DNA of 41,482 bases from assembly GCA_963677895.2 (NCBI GenBank), contig CAXXGJ010000004.1:1-41482 (forward strand), in the 5' to 3' direction. Under the pieces are notes generated by a model. It worked only from the letters and a program-made list of their open reading frames with translations, was not told where the DNA came from and did not search any database. The stretch comes from Treponemataceae bacterium (GTDB lineage Bacteria; Spirochaetota; Spirochaetia; Treponematales; Rectinemataceae). Position numbers and translations under genes: made by a program. This document shows positions 11,001-19,063 of this stretch, in pieces; within the stretch, counting starts at the first letter, position 1; each line of letters begins with the position of its first letter.

Positions 11001-11261
11001 TGGTATCATGCACTTTCCGATATATCACTTTATTCTCATTATTCGAAAGAGGAATTGAGAGCGGATCTCCTCAAGGTATTACATGGAGCTATTGGTGCAA
11101 AAATTCGATCTATCGATCATTTTGGTAGCCTTTTTGAGATGATCGGAAATGTCCCAGCTCTCATGATAGCGATTGATCATCCAGTTGATTTTCATCACCT
11201 ATTTTTCAGTTTCCGAGTGTTTCTCCGCATGTCGCTCGGTATTGAAGGGGGTAAGATTTGA
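8001..11261 (+). CDS. PD-(D/E)xK nuclease + STAND/NACHT-like NTPase + long C-terminal region; probable Avs/NLR-like anti-phage protein; cassette 1
   Basis: N-terminal GYTYQ...E..EDHNFEDVVL...CQIK (Cap4/Mrr-like nuclease pattern); Walker A GKPGIGKS; Walker B LLIDGLD; GYPL; AT-rich; followed directly by an attC. Confidence 0.72.
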   Translation: MEKLKPARNAFSGYTYQQSIIFLILCIMDSKRQINQLEIEAPEDHNFEDVVLQDSEGQISCQIKDINSITLSEIKVNSDSILINNKQHRLSQGRNILFIKKIDFVPNCEILGFKAYHLASNVYIISLSREEALSETESYYPQSPTRVSQMQAFFSRCLDKRIFLISRIQLPKVSLFCTELDMPSFDLNVDWIELSNRLIIEGKPGIGKSHLVGSIMRKIPESVIYRFWISSQDSQYRVRLQFSDFLCDLSMKIFSDYTIRTEEEIIEKLAANNNVLLIDGLDHVRNYNPVDLEKYLGFFELASQKVRIILITRPIGILPDWPRKQMHNWDERFSTEFLDRVFDIKDYKVCQEIFRKTNGYPLLLRYYAEHFRQKGVVPSETLGEDIDTYYSNLFDSLQSRSCLAVFLTNRSYFTFSEIEQILGSDLNNILMEIVESLPYLFEIRLNRISLFHDSFDTFIKKRGVDFEKWRDTVNDIVFQSLANLEREYFSRMKAFDLDRIKVLELAKKYASIETFEKTIKDNIDYEGLQTHYQQIHEIICQELPGEFDVYQYYDLVLILNMLARDHVSTLHNFMYTYCRSLIFHGYTVEDVTSTGYLFSMFFFIETGDSSLIRHKVGSDHYSLDRFEEDFLNDIESEQEMFMYDKKVINLTRPLRETFTGKNEYDILEILQSLLLTTYSNGTQSDELIALNDFLIMYLQGDTKRATTAIVETFSNFGLREQNVCFMLGKVEASINERGINLEKDRYCGISLQDFILSQNSKGSFYLWIEVLNYIRLHLHKGIPIDIGSISLFWVFYAQRKDYTALGVVNALLAFESRMLIGVLESIRVIARFQSLSEKGIRHILGEYLEKSPPQIIEIVEKYFPVEELEVIWFHLPSLHVSNFTYETFRCGMRQLLRNGHYDKTLELDDFESVLDSSWGDHCSEVIAALGYSVKVAEGHVVPKPLTDHKVEIKEIIAENPAGAQPVSEQRYQEGTLDQSDIPFIIERVLSPEEVAKTVDGWYHALSDISLYSHYSKEELRADLLKVLHGAIGAKIRSIDHFGSLFEMIGNVPALMIAIDHPVDFHHLFFSFRVFLRMSLGIEGGKI

Positions 11262-11262
11262 A

Positions 11263-11375
11263 ATCTAACAACTGCTTCAACCTGACTCGGCTATGTCACG
11301 CTTCTTGCTGGTCGTCGCTTCGCTCCTCGGCAAGAATCGCGCCATTACGCCTCGCAGGTTAAGCCAATGTTAGGC
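11263..11375 (+). mobile_element. Integron attC site 1 (113 bp)
   Basis: R'' ATCTAAC (11263-69), 5-bp spacer, L'' CTTCAACC ... L' GGTTAAG (11357-63), 5-bp spacer, R' GTTAGGC (11369-75). L'' has the canonical extra base; the interior is an imperfect palindrome. Confidence 0.9.
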
Positions 11376-11436
11376 GGACGCTATACCGCGTTTCGCATAC
11401 AGCAAAAGCACGGACAACTCGTAAAGGGGTAAGCAA

Positions 11437-11760
11437 ATGATTGGAAAATATAAAGTCACAACGCTTTGCGGAAGTACACGCTTTAAAGAACAATTTATTG
11501 AGCAACAGAAGAGATTAACGCTTGACGGTGTCATAGTTGTGTCTGTCGGATTTTTCGGGCACTCCGGCGACACAATAACTGACGAACAAAAGATCATGCT
11601 TGATGATATGCATAAGCGTAAAATCGACATGGCTGACGGTGTTTTCGTTATAAATGTCGGTGGGTATATTGGATCGTCAACAAGAAGCGAGATTGATTAC
11701 GCACTCTGCATGGGCAAATCGGTTGATTATCTTGAGCCGCCTAACCATGATTTAACCTAA
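11437..11760 (+). CDS. Small DUF4406-like / nucleoside 2-deoxyribosyltransferase-fold protein; cassette 2
   Basis: TLCGSTRF...HKRKIDMADGVFVINVGGYIGSSTRSEIDYA motif pattern; bounded by two attC sites. Confidence 0.65.
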   Translation: MIGKYKVTTLCGSTRFKEQFIEQQKRLTLDGVIVVSVGFFGHSGDTITDEQKIMLDDMHKRKIDMADGVFVINVGGYIGSSTRSEIDYALCMGKSVDYLEPPNHDLT

Positions 11761-11798
11761 CTCAGTCTGTAGCTTCGCAGGTTAAATCATAGTTAAGA
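11739..11798 (+). mobile_element. Integron attC site 2 (60 bp, degenerate)
   Basis: R'' (CC)GCCTAAC is the exact complement of the cassette start GTTAGGC(GG); ATGATTTAACCT/AGGTTAAATCAT inverted repeat; R' GTTAAGA at 11792-98. Confidence 0.8.
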
Positions 11799-11812
11799 AA
11801 ATTGGAGGAATA

Positions 11813-13180
11813 ATGCCAACGCAATTAAGGACCCCTCTTTTAATAATGGTCCTGCTTGTTTTTTTAACTTCCTGTACATCAAATCCAAATATTTATAAAA
11901 ATACCGACGCAGAGAATCCTTACCAAAAGGATTTTTTGATGCTTGCCGGTTATATTCGTAAAAATCATGCCGGTTTTTACATGACTCCCTTGCAGACAAT
12001 TTCATTTCATGATTATGACGAGCAAGTCGCTACGACTACGCAGAGGCTTAAGAATGTCAGCAATGCCTCCGATTTCTATTACGAAATCGCTCCATTCATC
12101 ACTTCATTACAAGACGGACACACGAGAATCAACATATCGGTTGGAAAATCTATGGGCATTGGCGCCTGGTGGTTCGATAATAAGCTTATCATTACTTCTG
12201 TCACTGATCCCTTGGCTGCCGATATTCTGTATTCGGAAATTGTAGCCGTATCTGGCAGACCAGTGGAAGACATTGAAAAAACCGCCAATCAGTTTATTCC
12301 CGCGGATATGGGCCAGGATGACTATAAGAAAATGTATAGCCCCGACCTGATGCTATCCAATTTCCTTCTTCTTCACTTGGGGTTGATGAACGAGAGAGAG
12401 GAAGTTGAGCTGACTGTGGTACAAAATGATGAGAAAAGGAATATTACCTTAGCATGTACCTTCCCTTCGGCCTCAAGCGCATACGCTATTCCGGCAAGAT
12501 TCCGAAACGATACTACTGAAATAAAGCCTAGCAATACGTACGCCATTATTCCAGATTCGAATAGTTTATATGTTCAGCTAAATTCTTTGCCTCAATCAGG
12601 CTATTCCGAGTTTTGGCATGAAGCGTTCGCTTTCGCGCGAAAGAATAAAGCAGCCTCCCTTATTCTTGACCTAAGAAATAATTCCGGAGGAAATAGCATT
12701 TGGTGCAATGAATTTCTTTCGTATATCATCGATAAGCCTAGAGATCTCTATGTCTACGATGGCTGGAAATCCAATTATCCACATGGAAATGTTAAAGTCT
12801 CCAAAGGGCTTTGGCATATGGTACCAATAAATGGCGAACTATCCTTTGCGGGGAAAATCGTGGTTTTAACGAGTCGTCAAACATTCAGCTCGGCGACTTT
12901 TTTCATCGTCGCGATCAAAGACAATAATTTGGGAATCGTCATAGGCGATCAAGTCGGCAACGGTTCCATACGCTATGGTTTCATGTCCGATCCTATCACC
13001 TTGCCGTATACGAAAATAAAGTTCGCGACGACCCACTATATCTGGGCGAGAGCCAACAAAGAAATGCTCGCCAGAGAAGGCGCTTCGATATTGCCCAATA
13101 TCAGGGTTTATGAAACAATCGAAAACCTGAAAAGCGGGACCGATCCCGTATATGAGAAGGCGATAGAGTATTTGGAATGA
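11813..13180 (+). CDS. S41-family (tail-specific protease-like) lipoprotein; start of cassette 3
   Basis: Lipobox FLTSC; LQDGHT, LILDLRNNSGG, TFSSA and IVIGDQVG motifs; GGAGG RBS just after attC2. Confidence 0.88.
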   Translation: MPTQLRTPLLIMVLLVFLTSCTSNPNIYKNTDAENPYQKDFLMLAGYIRKNHAGFYMTPLQTISFHDYDEQVATTTQRLKNVSNASDFYYEIAPFITSLQDGHTRINISVGKSMGIGAWWFDNKLIITSVTDPLAADILYSEIVAVSGRPVEDIEKTANQFIPADMGQDDYKKMYSPDLMLSNFLLLHLGLMNEREEVELTVVQNDEKRNITLACTFPSASSAYAIPARFRNDTTEIKPSNTYAIIPDSNSLYVQLNSLPQSGYSEFWHEAFAFARKNKAASLILDLRNNSGGNSIWCNEFLSYIIDKPRDLYVYDGWKSNYPHGNVKVSKGLWHMVPINGELSFAGKIVVLTSRQTFSSATFFIVAIKDNNLGIVIGDQVGNGSIRYGFMSDPITLPYTKIKFATTHYIWARANKEMLAREGASILPNIRVYETIENLKSGTDPVYEKAIEYLE

Positions 13181-13237
13181 TGTTTGATATTATCATTATC
13201 GGCACAGGCCCCGCCGGCGCGACATTCGCGCGATTGG
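13076..13237 (+). repeat. 162-bp direct repeat, copy 1 (S41 3' end + truncated cbrA start)
   Basis: Aligns without gaps to 20055-20216 with 5 mismatches counted by eye. Confidence 0.95.
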
Positions 13238-13243
13238 GTGTAG
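13177..13243 (+). pseudogene. Truncated 5' fragment of cbrA-like gene
   Basis: MMFDIIIIGTGPAGATFARLGV* matches the N-terminus of the 20156 protein; its ATG overlaps the S41 stop. Confidence 0.85.
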
Positions 13244-13615
13244 GCAAAAAGAGGGAGAGTTACGATACTGAGCGCACCCTCATTCTGCCAAGAATAAGAA
13301 ATACACCGTTGAGCTATAAGCTACTCTCCCAGTAAGAACGATATGCTATTTATGTCCTTTTGCGACCCCATTGCTCTTTTATTACTATTGCCGAAGAGCT
13401 TTGTAGAGATAAATCGTAAGAGTTCAATTTTCCCATGCTGACAGCATAGGGGGAATTGAATGCTTGCATCGCTTTTCGAGTGGTCATTCAATTCCTTTGA
13501 AATTTTACTGCAGGCAACTTTCCTTTTCTTGCTAATAATGATAAATATTCCAAGGAATAATCACCGCATTATGTGGAAAAATTGACGATTACGAAGATTC
13601 GCCTCTCTTTGCTAA

Positions 13616-13652
13616 TCACCATCTTGCTGCCTCCACGGCAACAAGATGGTGA
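13616..13652 (-). terminator. Stem-loop downstream of tctA
   Basis: 16-bp stem; the single + strand mismatch is a G-U pair on the - strand; no clear U-tract. Confidence 0.45.
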
Positions 13653-13804
13653 AATCCTATTGACAGTCAGCATGGGCGAAATTTTAGGTTACATTCAATC
13701 GGCTTCCTAAATGCGCTACTTTCGCAGAAAGTGAAAAGCTATTGCCCTATCCGCGTTGATCCATCAAGTTACACTGTCAATGCAGAGTAATTGACGTTCA
13801 CGGT

Positions 13805-15322
13805 TCACGACTCCCTTCTTTCTTTCACTTTTTGCTTGATCAACTTTACAATTGGCAAAATAACTACTGCAGCACACATGCAAAGGAGTACAACAGCAAC
13901 AGGACGCATAAATATTAAGGTCAAGTCATTTTGAAAATATCCCAAGGTCTGCCGGAAAGTTACCTCAAATTCCGCACCTAAAACAATCGCAACTAGCATC
14001 GGCCCTACAGGGATCTTCAATACTTTAAGAAAAATACCAATTATCGCAAAGAAAAACATAACAAAGACATCGAATAGTACATTCTGTGATCCATACGTAC
14101 CAACTACACAAAGGATTGCAACAACTATTGGAAGAGTTTTTTGTGAAACTCTCAAGAGAAAGATGAACAGGGGGATCAATAACAGACACATAACAACCAG
14201 CAAAACATTTCCAATGTACATGCTACTCAATAAGCCCCAAAAAACTTGAGGAGCTCTAGAAACTAGCCCAGGGCCAGGTTGAATGCCAACCATGATCATC
14301 GCACTTAGAAGCATAGCTGTTGAATTAGAACCCGGTATACCAAGGGAGAGCATAGGAACCATGGCCCCTGAAACACAGGCGTTGTTGGCCGTCTCCGGAG
14401 CAGTAACTCCTTGTAAAGAACCTTTACCGAAATTCTTCCTATCTGTGGCAATCCGTTTTTCAACTTCGTAAGCTAAATTAGAAGCGATAGACGCTCCGGC
14501 ACCGGGAATAACTCCAACGATAAAGCCAATAAATGTTGTCCGTATTGCCGTAGGAAGACAAAAAAGTATTTCTTTTAAATTTGGAAAAATATCCCAAAAT
14601 TTGAACTTGAGTGAAGGATCACCTTTCTTGATTTCGATATACTCACCATTGGCTATCGAGATGATGATCTCGGGAAGCCCCATCAACCCCACTGCTACCG
14701 GAATGATATTGATACCCCTCATCAATTCAAATGTGCCAAAATTCATTCTGGGGGTGGCGGTATATAAATCCATTCCGATGGTAGTGAAGAATAATCCGAA
14801 AGACAGGCTCATAAATCCTTTGAAAATGTCATCCTCGGCCACACAAATAATTGCTAAGAAGGTAAATAAATATACAGTAAAATACTCTGGAGGTCCGAAT
14901 TTCAGTGCAAAACCAGCAATAATACTGGCTAGAAAGGTTAAAATAATTACGCCAATAGTGCCACCAAAGAAGGAAAATAATATAGCAACTCCCATGGCCT
15001 TTCCGGCTTTTCCTTGTTTTGTCAGAGGATACCCGTCAAAGCAAGTAGGTACCGATGATGGTTCTCCAGGACAGTTCAATGCAATTGACGTAATTGCACC
15101 GCCGGTTTGAGATCCATAATAAATACCAGCGAGCATAACCAAAGTAGGCAACGGAGCCTTGCCAAAAACCAATGGTAATAGGATCGCAATAGTAGCGCTG
15201 GGTCCCAGACCAGGCAAAACACCTACGACGGCACCCAAAAAACATCCCAGCGCGCACATTGCCAATATGAATGGATCCATGCAATTAGAGAAACCCTGTA
15301 GCAATAACTGGAATGAATTCAT
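13805..15322 (-). CDS. tctA: Tripartite tricarboxylate transporter permease TctA
   Basis: GVLPGLG, IYYGSQTGGAITSIALNCPGEP and APETANNA...PMLSLGIPG motifs. Confidence 0.93.
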   Translation of the reverse strand: MNSFQLLLQGFSNCMDPFILAMCALGCFLGAVVGVLPGLGPSATIAILLPLVFGKAPLPTLVMLAGIYYGSQTGGAITSIALNCPGEPSSVPTCFDGYPLTKQGKAGKAMGVAILFSFFGGTIGVIILTFLASIIAGFALKFGPPEYFTVYLFTFLAIICVAEDDIFKGFMSLSFGLFFTTIGMDLYTATPRMNFGTFELMRGINIIPVAVGLMGLPEIIISIANGEYIEIKKGDPSLKFKFWDIFPNLKEILFCLPTAIRTTFIGFIVGVIPGAGASIASNLAYEVEKRIATDRKNFGKGSLQGVTAPETANNACVSGAMVPMLSLGIPGSNSTAMLLSAMIMVGIQPGPGLVSRAPQVFWGLLSSMYIGNVLLVVMCLLLIPLFIFLLRVSQKTLPIVVAILCVVGTYGSQNVLFDVFVMFFFAIIGIFLKVLKIPVGPMLVAIVLGAEFEVTFRQTLGYFQNDLTLIFMRPVAVVLLCMCAAVVILPIVKLIKQKVKERRES

Positions 15323-15790
15323 TCAGAACCCCCTAATCATTTTTTCGACAAGCCCCATTTGAAAAGGCATTTTCAAAAGACTTATGAAGACGAAGTAAAT
15401 GCAGAGAACAAAGATAATAGAAAATAAAACCACACTCTTTCTTGATTGACGTTTTAGAACAAAGCCGACCAAGACACTAAAAATGAACATGGAAATTACC
15501 GGACCAAATAGAAATAACATTATTAACAAGAGCATATTGAGAAAAAAGAAAATGAGAGCTTTCTTATGATCTCCTTGTAGCAACGCGTGAAAATTCATCT
15601 TTTCCTTAGTCTTGTCAGATAAAAATAAAATAATCCCACAAAAAAACAAGATCAGAGAATATAAAAGCGGAGCGAAACCGGAAGATATACTCCCATTAGC
15701 AAACAGAGCAAGTCCTTGCACTCCAATAAATCCCCCTAAAGCAAACATGCAAAGAATCAGCGAAAAAATTCTTTGAAGGCTTAGTCTCAT
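15323..15790 (-). CDS. tctB: TctB small membrane subunit
   Basis: 155-aa hydrophobic protein between tctC and tctA; ends YFVFISLLKMPF. Confidence 0.82.
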   Translation of the reverse strand: MRLSLQRIFSLILCMFALGGFIGVQGLALFANGSISSGFAPLLYSLILFFCGIILFLSDKTKEKMNFHALLQGDHKKALIFFFLNMLLLIMLFLFGPVISMFIFSVLVGFVLKRQSRKSVVLFSIIFVLCIYFVFISLLKMPFQMGLVEKMIRGF

Positions 15791-15811
15791 ACTTATTCTC
15801 CCTTGAAAGTT

Positions 15812-16260
15812 TTAACCGCTAAATTATATCTAGAGATCCGTTTATTTGGCGCCTACCACATCTGAAAGAGCAACACAACCAATATCATGCGACTTTTCGA
15901 ATATCGCCATCAATTATTCTTAAGACGGCTACAACAGAAAATCATTGTTGAAGCAGTGAACCCAATCGAAGATCGCAAGTTCCACGAATACTACGTTCCG
16001 CCACAAACCCTGCCTCTTGATCACCTCGTTCTTATAATGCCAGTTTATCGTTTCTGTTATAGCGTAGTTGGTTTCTCGAATGTCGACCGTCATTGAATGA
16101 TCAGTACTGTTTATATTAGATTGAGAAAGTCATCAGCAAAGTGCGATGCAGATTAATTTGACTCCCGTTTCCAGACAATATTCCTCGATGAAGCTGACCG
16201 TTATCTCTGCGGCGATCAAGCTTTGCCTTCGCGGAATACGCTGATGCTAATCTCATTATC
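15812..16260 (-). mobile_element. Decayed, internally deleted IS3-family remnant
   Basis: The - strand gives ASAYSAKAKLDRR (OrfA end), VSFIEEY...GVKLICIAL (OrfB start) and AITETINWHYKNEVIKRQGLWRN...FDWVHCFNN (OrfB C-terminus) with stops; a degenerate terminal-repeat-like end lies near 15812. Confidence 0.78.
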
Positions 16261-16316
16261 ATCTCATTAACCTTCTTTAGTAACCAAGTCTCTCATATAC
16301 AAAGGTTGTTCAGTAC

Positions 16317-16348
16317 GCATCCTGTAAGACAATAGACTTACAGGATGC
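16317..16348 (-). terminator. Stem-loop after tctC
   Basis: Perfect 12-bp stem GCATCCTGTAAG/CTTACAGGATGC. Confidence 0.6.
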
Positions 16349-16362
16349 AAATTTATTAAAAT

Positions 16363-17346
16363 TTATTTGGGAACAGTGAATATGTCAACATATTTCTTAA
16401 TCTGTTTTAGCGACTCATTTGCATCGGCATAATAAGGGCGTAGATTAATCTTCTTACAACTCTCGATATATTCCGGATCCGTAGCCGCCTTTCTCAAAGC
16501 TTCCCTAAAAATATTCACATATTCCGCGGGTATTTTCGATGACCCATAAAAGTGGCGCTCGGAGGTCTTGACCGGCCAACCTGCATATCCCTGTTCATCA
16601 AAGGTAGGAACATTGGGCAATTCTGGTGCGCGCTGACTACCACCAATAGCGGCAATTTCAATGGATCCATCTAAGTATAGCTGATTAGAACTTGAAAAAT
16701 TATCCACATAAACATCTACATGTCCGCCCATAATCGCAGCCATGGATTCTCCGCCATCCAGACCGCTCAAAATATTGAATTTTACGTTTTTAGATTTCTC
16801 TAGCCATTCAATACTCAAGCTTGTAACATCACCAGCTGCACTCCTAGCAAAAGTAACCTTATTAGGCTTAGCTTTGACCGCATTAACAATATCATCAAGG
16901 CTTTTATAAGGTCCATTTTTCTTGGTCACCACTGTAACCTGGTCCTGATAATTGCCACCAGCCCACACATAATCAGTAACGGGATTGATTGAGCCTTTTA
17001 TGACTTCTCCCATACATCTGTTAGCGACCCAAACAATAGTCCAATACCCCCAGGTATAACCATCGGGAACTGCTTGGGCAACTCTTTTCATTGAGATAGT
17101 ACCTGCCGCAGCAGCATCATTGTTAATTATAACAGGGACACCCAAATACTTCTCTAAATATGGGACAATTACCCTAATGGTGGTGTCAGTACCAGTACCA
17201 GCATTCGCTGGGAGATAAATCTCTATAGGTCGATTAGGATAATTGGAAGATACTTTAGGTTTTGAACCGGAACTTTGAGCCCCTCCACTTGCAATAACAA
17301 CTACTGCAAAAAAACTCATGAACAGTCCAACTAAATACCGTTTCAT
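16363..17346 (-). CDS. tctC: TctC/Bug-family substrate-binding protein
   Basis: Start MKRYLVGL at 17346 after AGGAG; YPNRPIEI..P..AG, PDGYT, GGHVD and LPNVPTFDEQG motifs. Confidence 0.9.
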   Translation of the reverse strand: MKRYLVGLFMSFFAVVVIASGGAQSSGSKPKVSSNYPNRPIEIYLPANAGTGTDTTIRVIVPYLEKYLGVPVIINNDAAAAGTISMKRVAQAVPDGYTWGYWTIVWVANRCMGEVIKGSINPVTDYVWAGGNYQDQVTVVTKKNGPYKSLDDIVNAVKAKPNKVTFARSAAGDVTSLSIEWLEKSKNVKFNILSGLDGGESMAAIMGGHVDVYVDNFSSSNQLYLDGSIEIAAIGGSQRAPELPNVPTFDEQGYAGWPVKTSERHFYGSSKIPAEYVNIFREALRKAATDPEYIESCKKINLRPYYADANESLKQIKKYVDIFTVPK

Positions 17347-17410
17347 ACTGTATCTCCTTTGCCAAAAAAATTGAAAACCTTTATTGGTTTTTTTAAACAA
17401 ACAACCCTTT

Positions 17411-17455
17411 AATGATAGCCTGTATAGAATACTAAAACAGGCTATCATTTTTTTA
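17411..17455. terminator. Intergenic stem-loop between the oxidoreductase and tctC
   Basis: AATGATAGCCTGT/ACAGGCTATCATT stem followed by a T-run on the + strand. Confidence 0.55.
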
Positions 17456-17477
17456 CTTTCCTGAACTCCTTGTAATA

Positions 17478-18932
17478 CTAATCCAGGATAACCTTGTTTT
17501 TACGCAAGATTTCCCGTAATATTCCAACATCCAAGGATCTTAATTTCTTGTCTTCCTTCACAGCTAGAGCGGCGGCGGTACCAGCGGCTTCACCAGTAGC
17601 CATGCAAATCGGCATCCCTCTGACAGAGCCAAGGGCAGTATGGGTAACGGAAATGCAACGTCCACTAGTCAGGACATTTTCTACACCTTTAGCCAATATG
17701 CATCTATAAGGGATGTCGTACCCTTGAGGATCCTTCGGTTCTATCCAAGTCTGCCCTCCCCGCTCTTCATCAGTTTTGCCGCCGGTTACACTGTGAACGT
17801 TCATCGCCCGACCAGAACGTGCAATACCATCAACAAATTTCCGATTATTCAGGATGTCATCTTCGCAAAGCACATAATCTCCCATAATGCGTCGAGATTC
17901 CCTTGTGCCAATAAGCGAGGCAGTTTCCATGAGATAACATTTTTCAAACCCAGGTAGATATTTTTGTACGAATTTCACTACTTGGGGAACCTGTACCATT
18001 CGTGCATGGATCTCTGCCTTTGTTAAATCATCTGCGTCGGAAGTATTGATGTTATATCCCATATCGACGAGCAGGGCCGTCTGATCAGCAGGGAAACAAC
18101 TATGGGAAATTATAAAAATAGGACTTGGTATTTCATACACGGCACCAATCGGAGCAATATAATCGCCATTGGCATGGGCTTTTCTTATTAGATCTCTAAA
18201 GCCATTTACATGCAACGGTCCATTGTTTGAGTCAAGCACTTTCCTCCAACCATCAGCTGTACCAATGTGATTTTCTTCGGGGTGTTTGTCCAGATAGTCA
18301 AGCATTTTATAGAGATTCACATTACCAACTTTCATATAAACGGTAACTGTCTCACAACGGTGATCCTGTGCGCGGCCAATCTCAAAGGGGGCACCTGCCC
18401 AGGCACTGATATCACCATCAGCAGTTGCATCAATATATTGCTTCGCCTCAATAAGTTCTTCACCATTTTTATTGGCTACCCGTACAGCCTTAACCCTTTC
18501 CCCGTCCATTACGACACCGAAGGCAAAGGTATCAAGCATCAGATTGACCCCAGCTTCCGTTGTCATTTCAAACAAAAGTATCTTCATTATTTCAGCCTCG
18601 AATTCCTGGCGCATGGCAGGGCCTTCACCAGAGGTATATGCACCTCCACGAGACTTGAGCTTTTCCACTATTTCAACGGGAATACCTCCAACGACTTGTT
18701 TTGTTTGGTGATCCATTGCAAGATAAGCTTTGTCTGAACCCTTGCGATTTGCATCCTTATGAGTGCGGTAACCGTGTAGCCCTGTAACCAATCCACAAGT
18801 CATCTGGCCACCTAGAATCCCCATTTTCTCGATGAGGTAGGTTTTAGCTCCGCCTCTAGCTGCAGCAATGGCAGCTCCGATTCCTGCCGGCCCACTTCCG
18901 AATACAGCAACATCTGCCTTAATTGTCCGCAT
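17478..18932 (-). CDS. FAD-dependent oxidoreductase (FAD_oxidored family)
   Basis: GSGPAGIGAAIAAAR, IDATADGD, GTRESRRI, YDIPYRC and SGRCIS motifs. Confidence 0.9.
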   Translation of the reverse strand: MRTIKADVAVFGSGPAGIGAAIAAARGGAKTYLIEKMGILGGQMTCGLVTGLHGYRTHKDANRKGSDKAYLAMDHQTKQVVGGIPVEIVEKLKSRGGAYTSGEGPAMRQEFEAEIMKILLFEMTTEAGVNLMLDTFAFGVVMDGERVKAVRVANKNGEELIEAKQYIDATADGDISAWAGAPFEIGRAQDHRCETVTVYMKVGNVNLYKMLDYLDKHPEENHIGTADGWRKVLDSNNGPLHVNGFRDLIRKAHANGDYIAPIGAVYEIPSPIFIISHSCFPADQTALLVDMGYNINTSDADDLTKAEIHARMVQVPQVVKFVQKYLPGFEKCYLMETASLIGTRESRRIMGDYVLCEDDILNNRKFVDGIARSGRAMNVHSVTGGKTDEERGGQTWIEPKDPQGYDIPYRCILAKGVENVLTSGRCISVTHTALGSVRGMPICMATGEAAGTAAALAVKEDKKLRSLDVGILREILRKNKVILD

Positions 18933-19063
18933 GTACACCCCCGGAAAAATGTTTTACCAAATCATACCTTGTATTCTTTGGTCACCCCAAATACTATTGC
19001 ACCTATTGTATTAATGTCCAATTCATTATTCTTATACTTTTTATTCCCAGGAGGTATAATCAT

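Noticed and set aside
11370..11630. Antisense ORF in cassette 2 as a toxin/antitoxin partner
   Set aside because: No motif; fully explained as the shadow of the + strand gene.
13253..13330. yybP-ykoY or other riboswitch (GGGAGAGTAGC on the - strand)
   Set aside because: Other conserved elements are absent and there is no suitably placed downstream gene; kept only as unexplained structure.
15887..16096. 69-aa + strand ORF
   Set aside because: It is the antisense shadow of the decayed IS3 OrfB on the - strand.
18923..19063. N-terminal extension of LysR in the ORF track (likewise for tctC, GntR, manA and YaiI)
   Set aside because: Downstream starts have better ribosome-binding sites or stop/start coupling and match the family N-termini.
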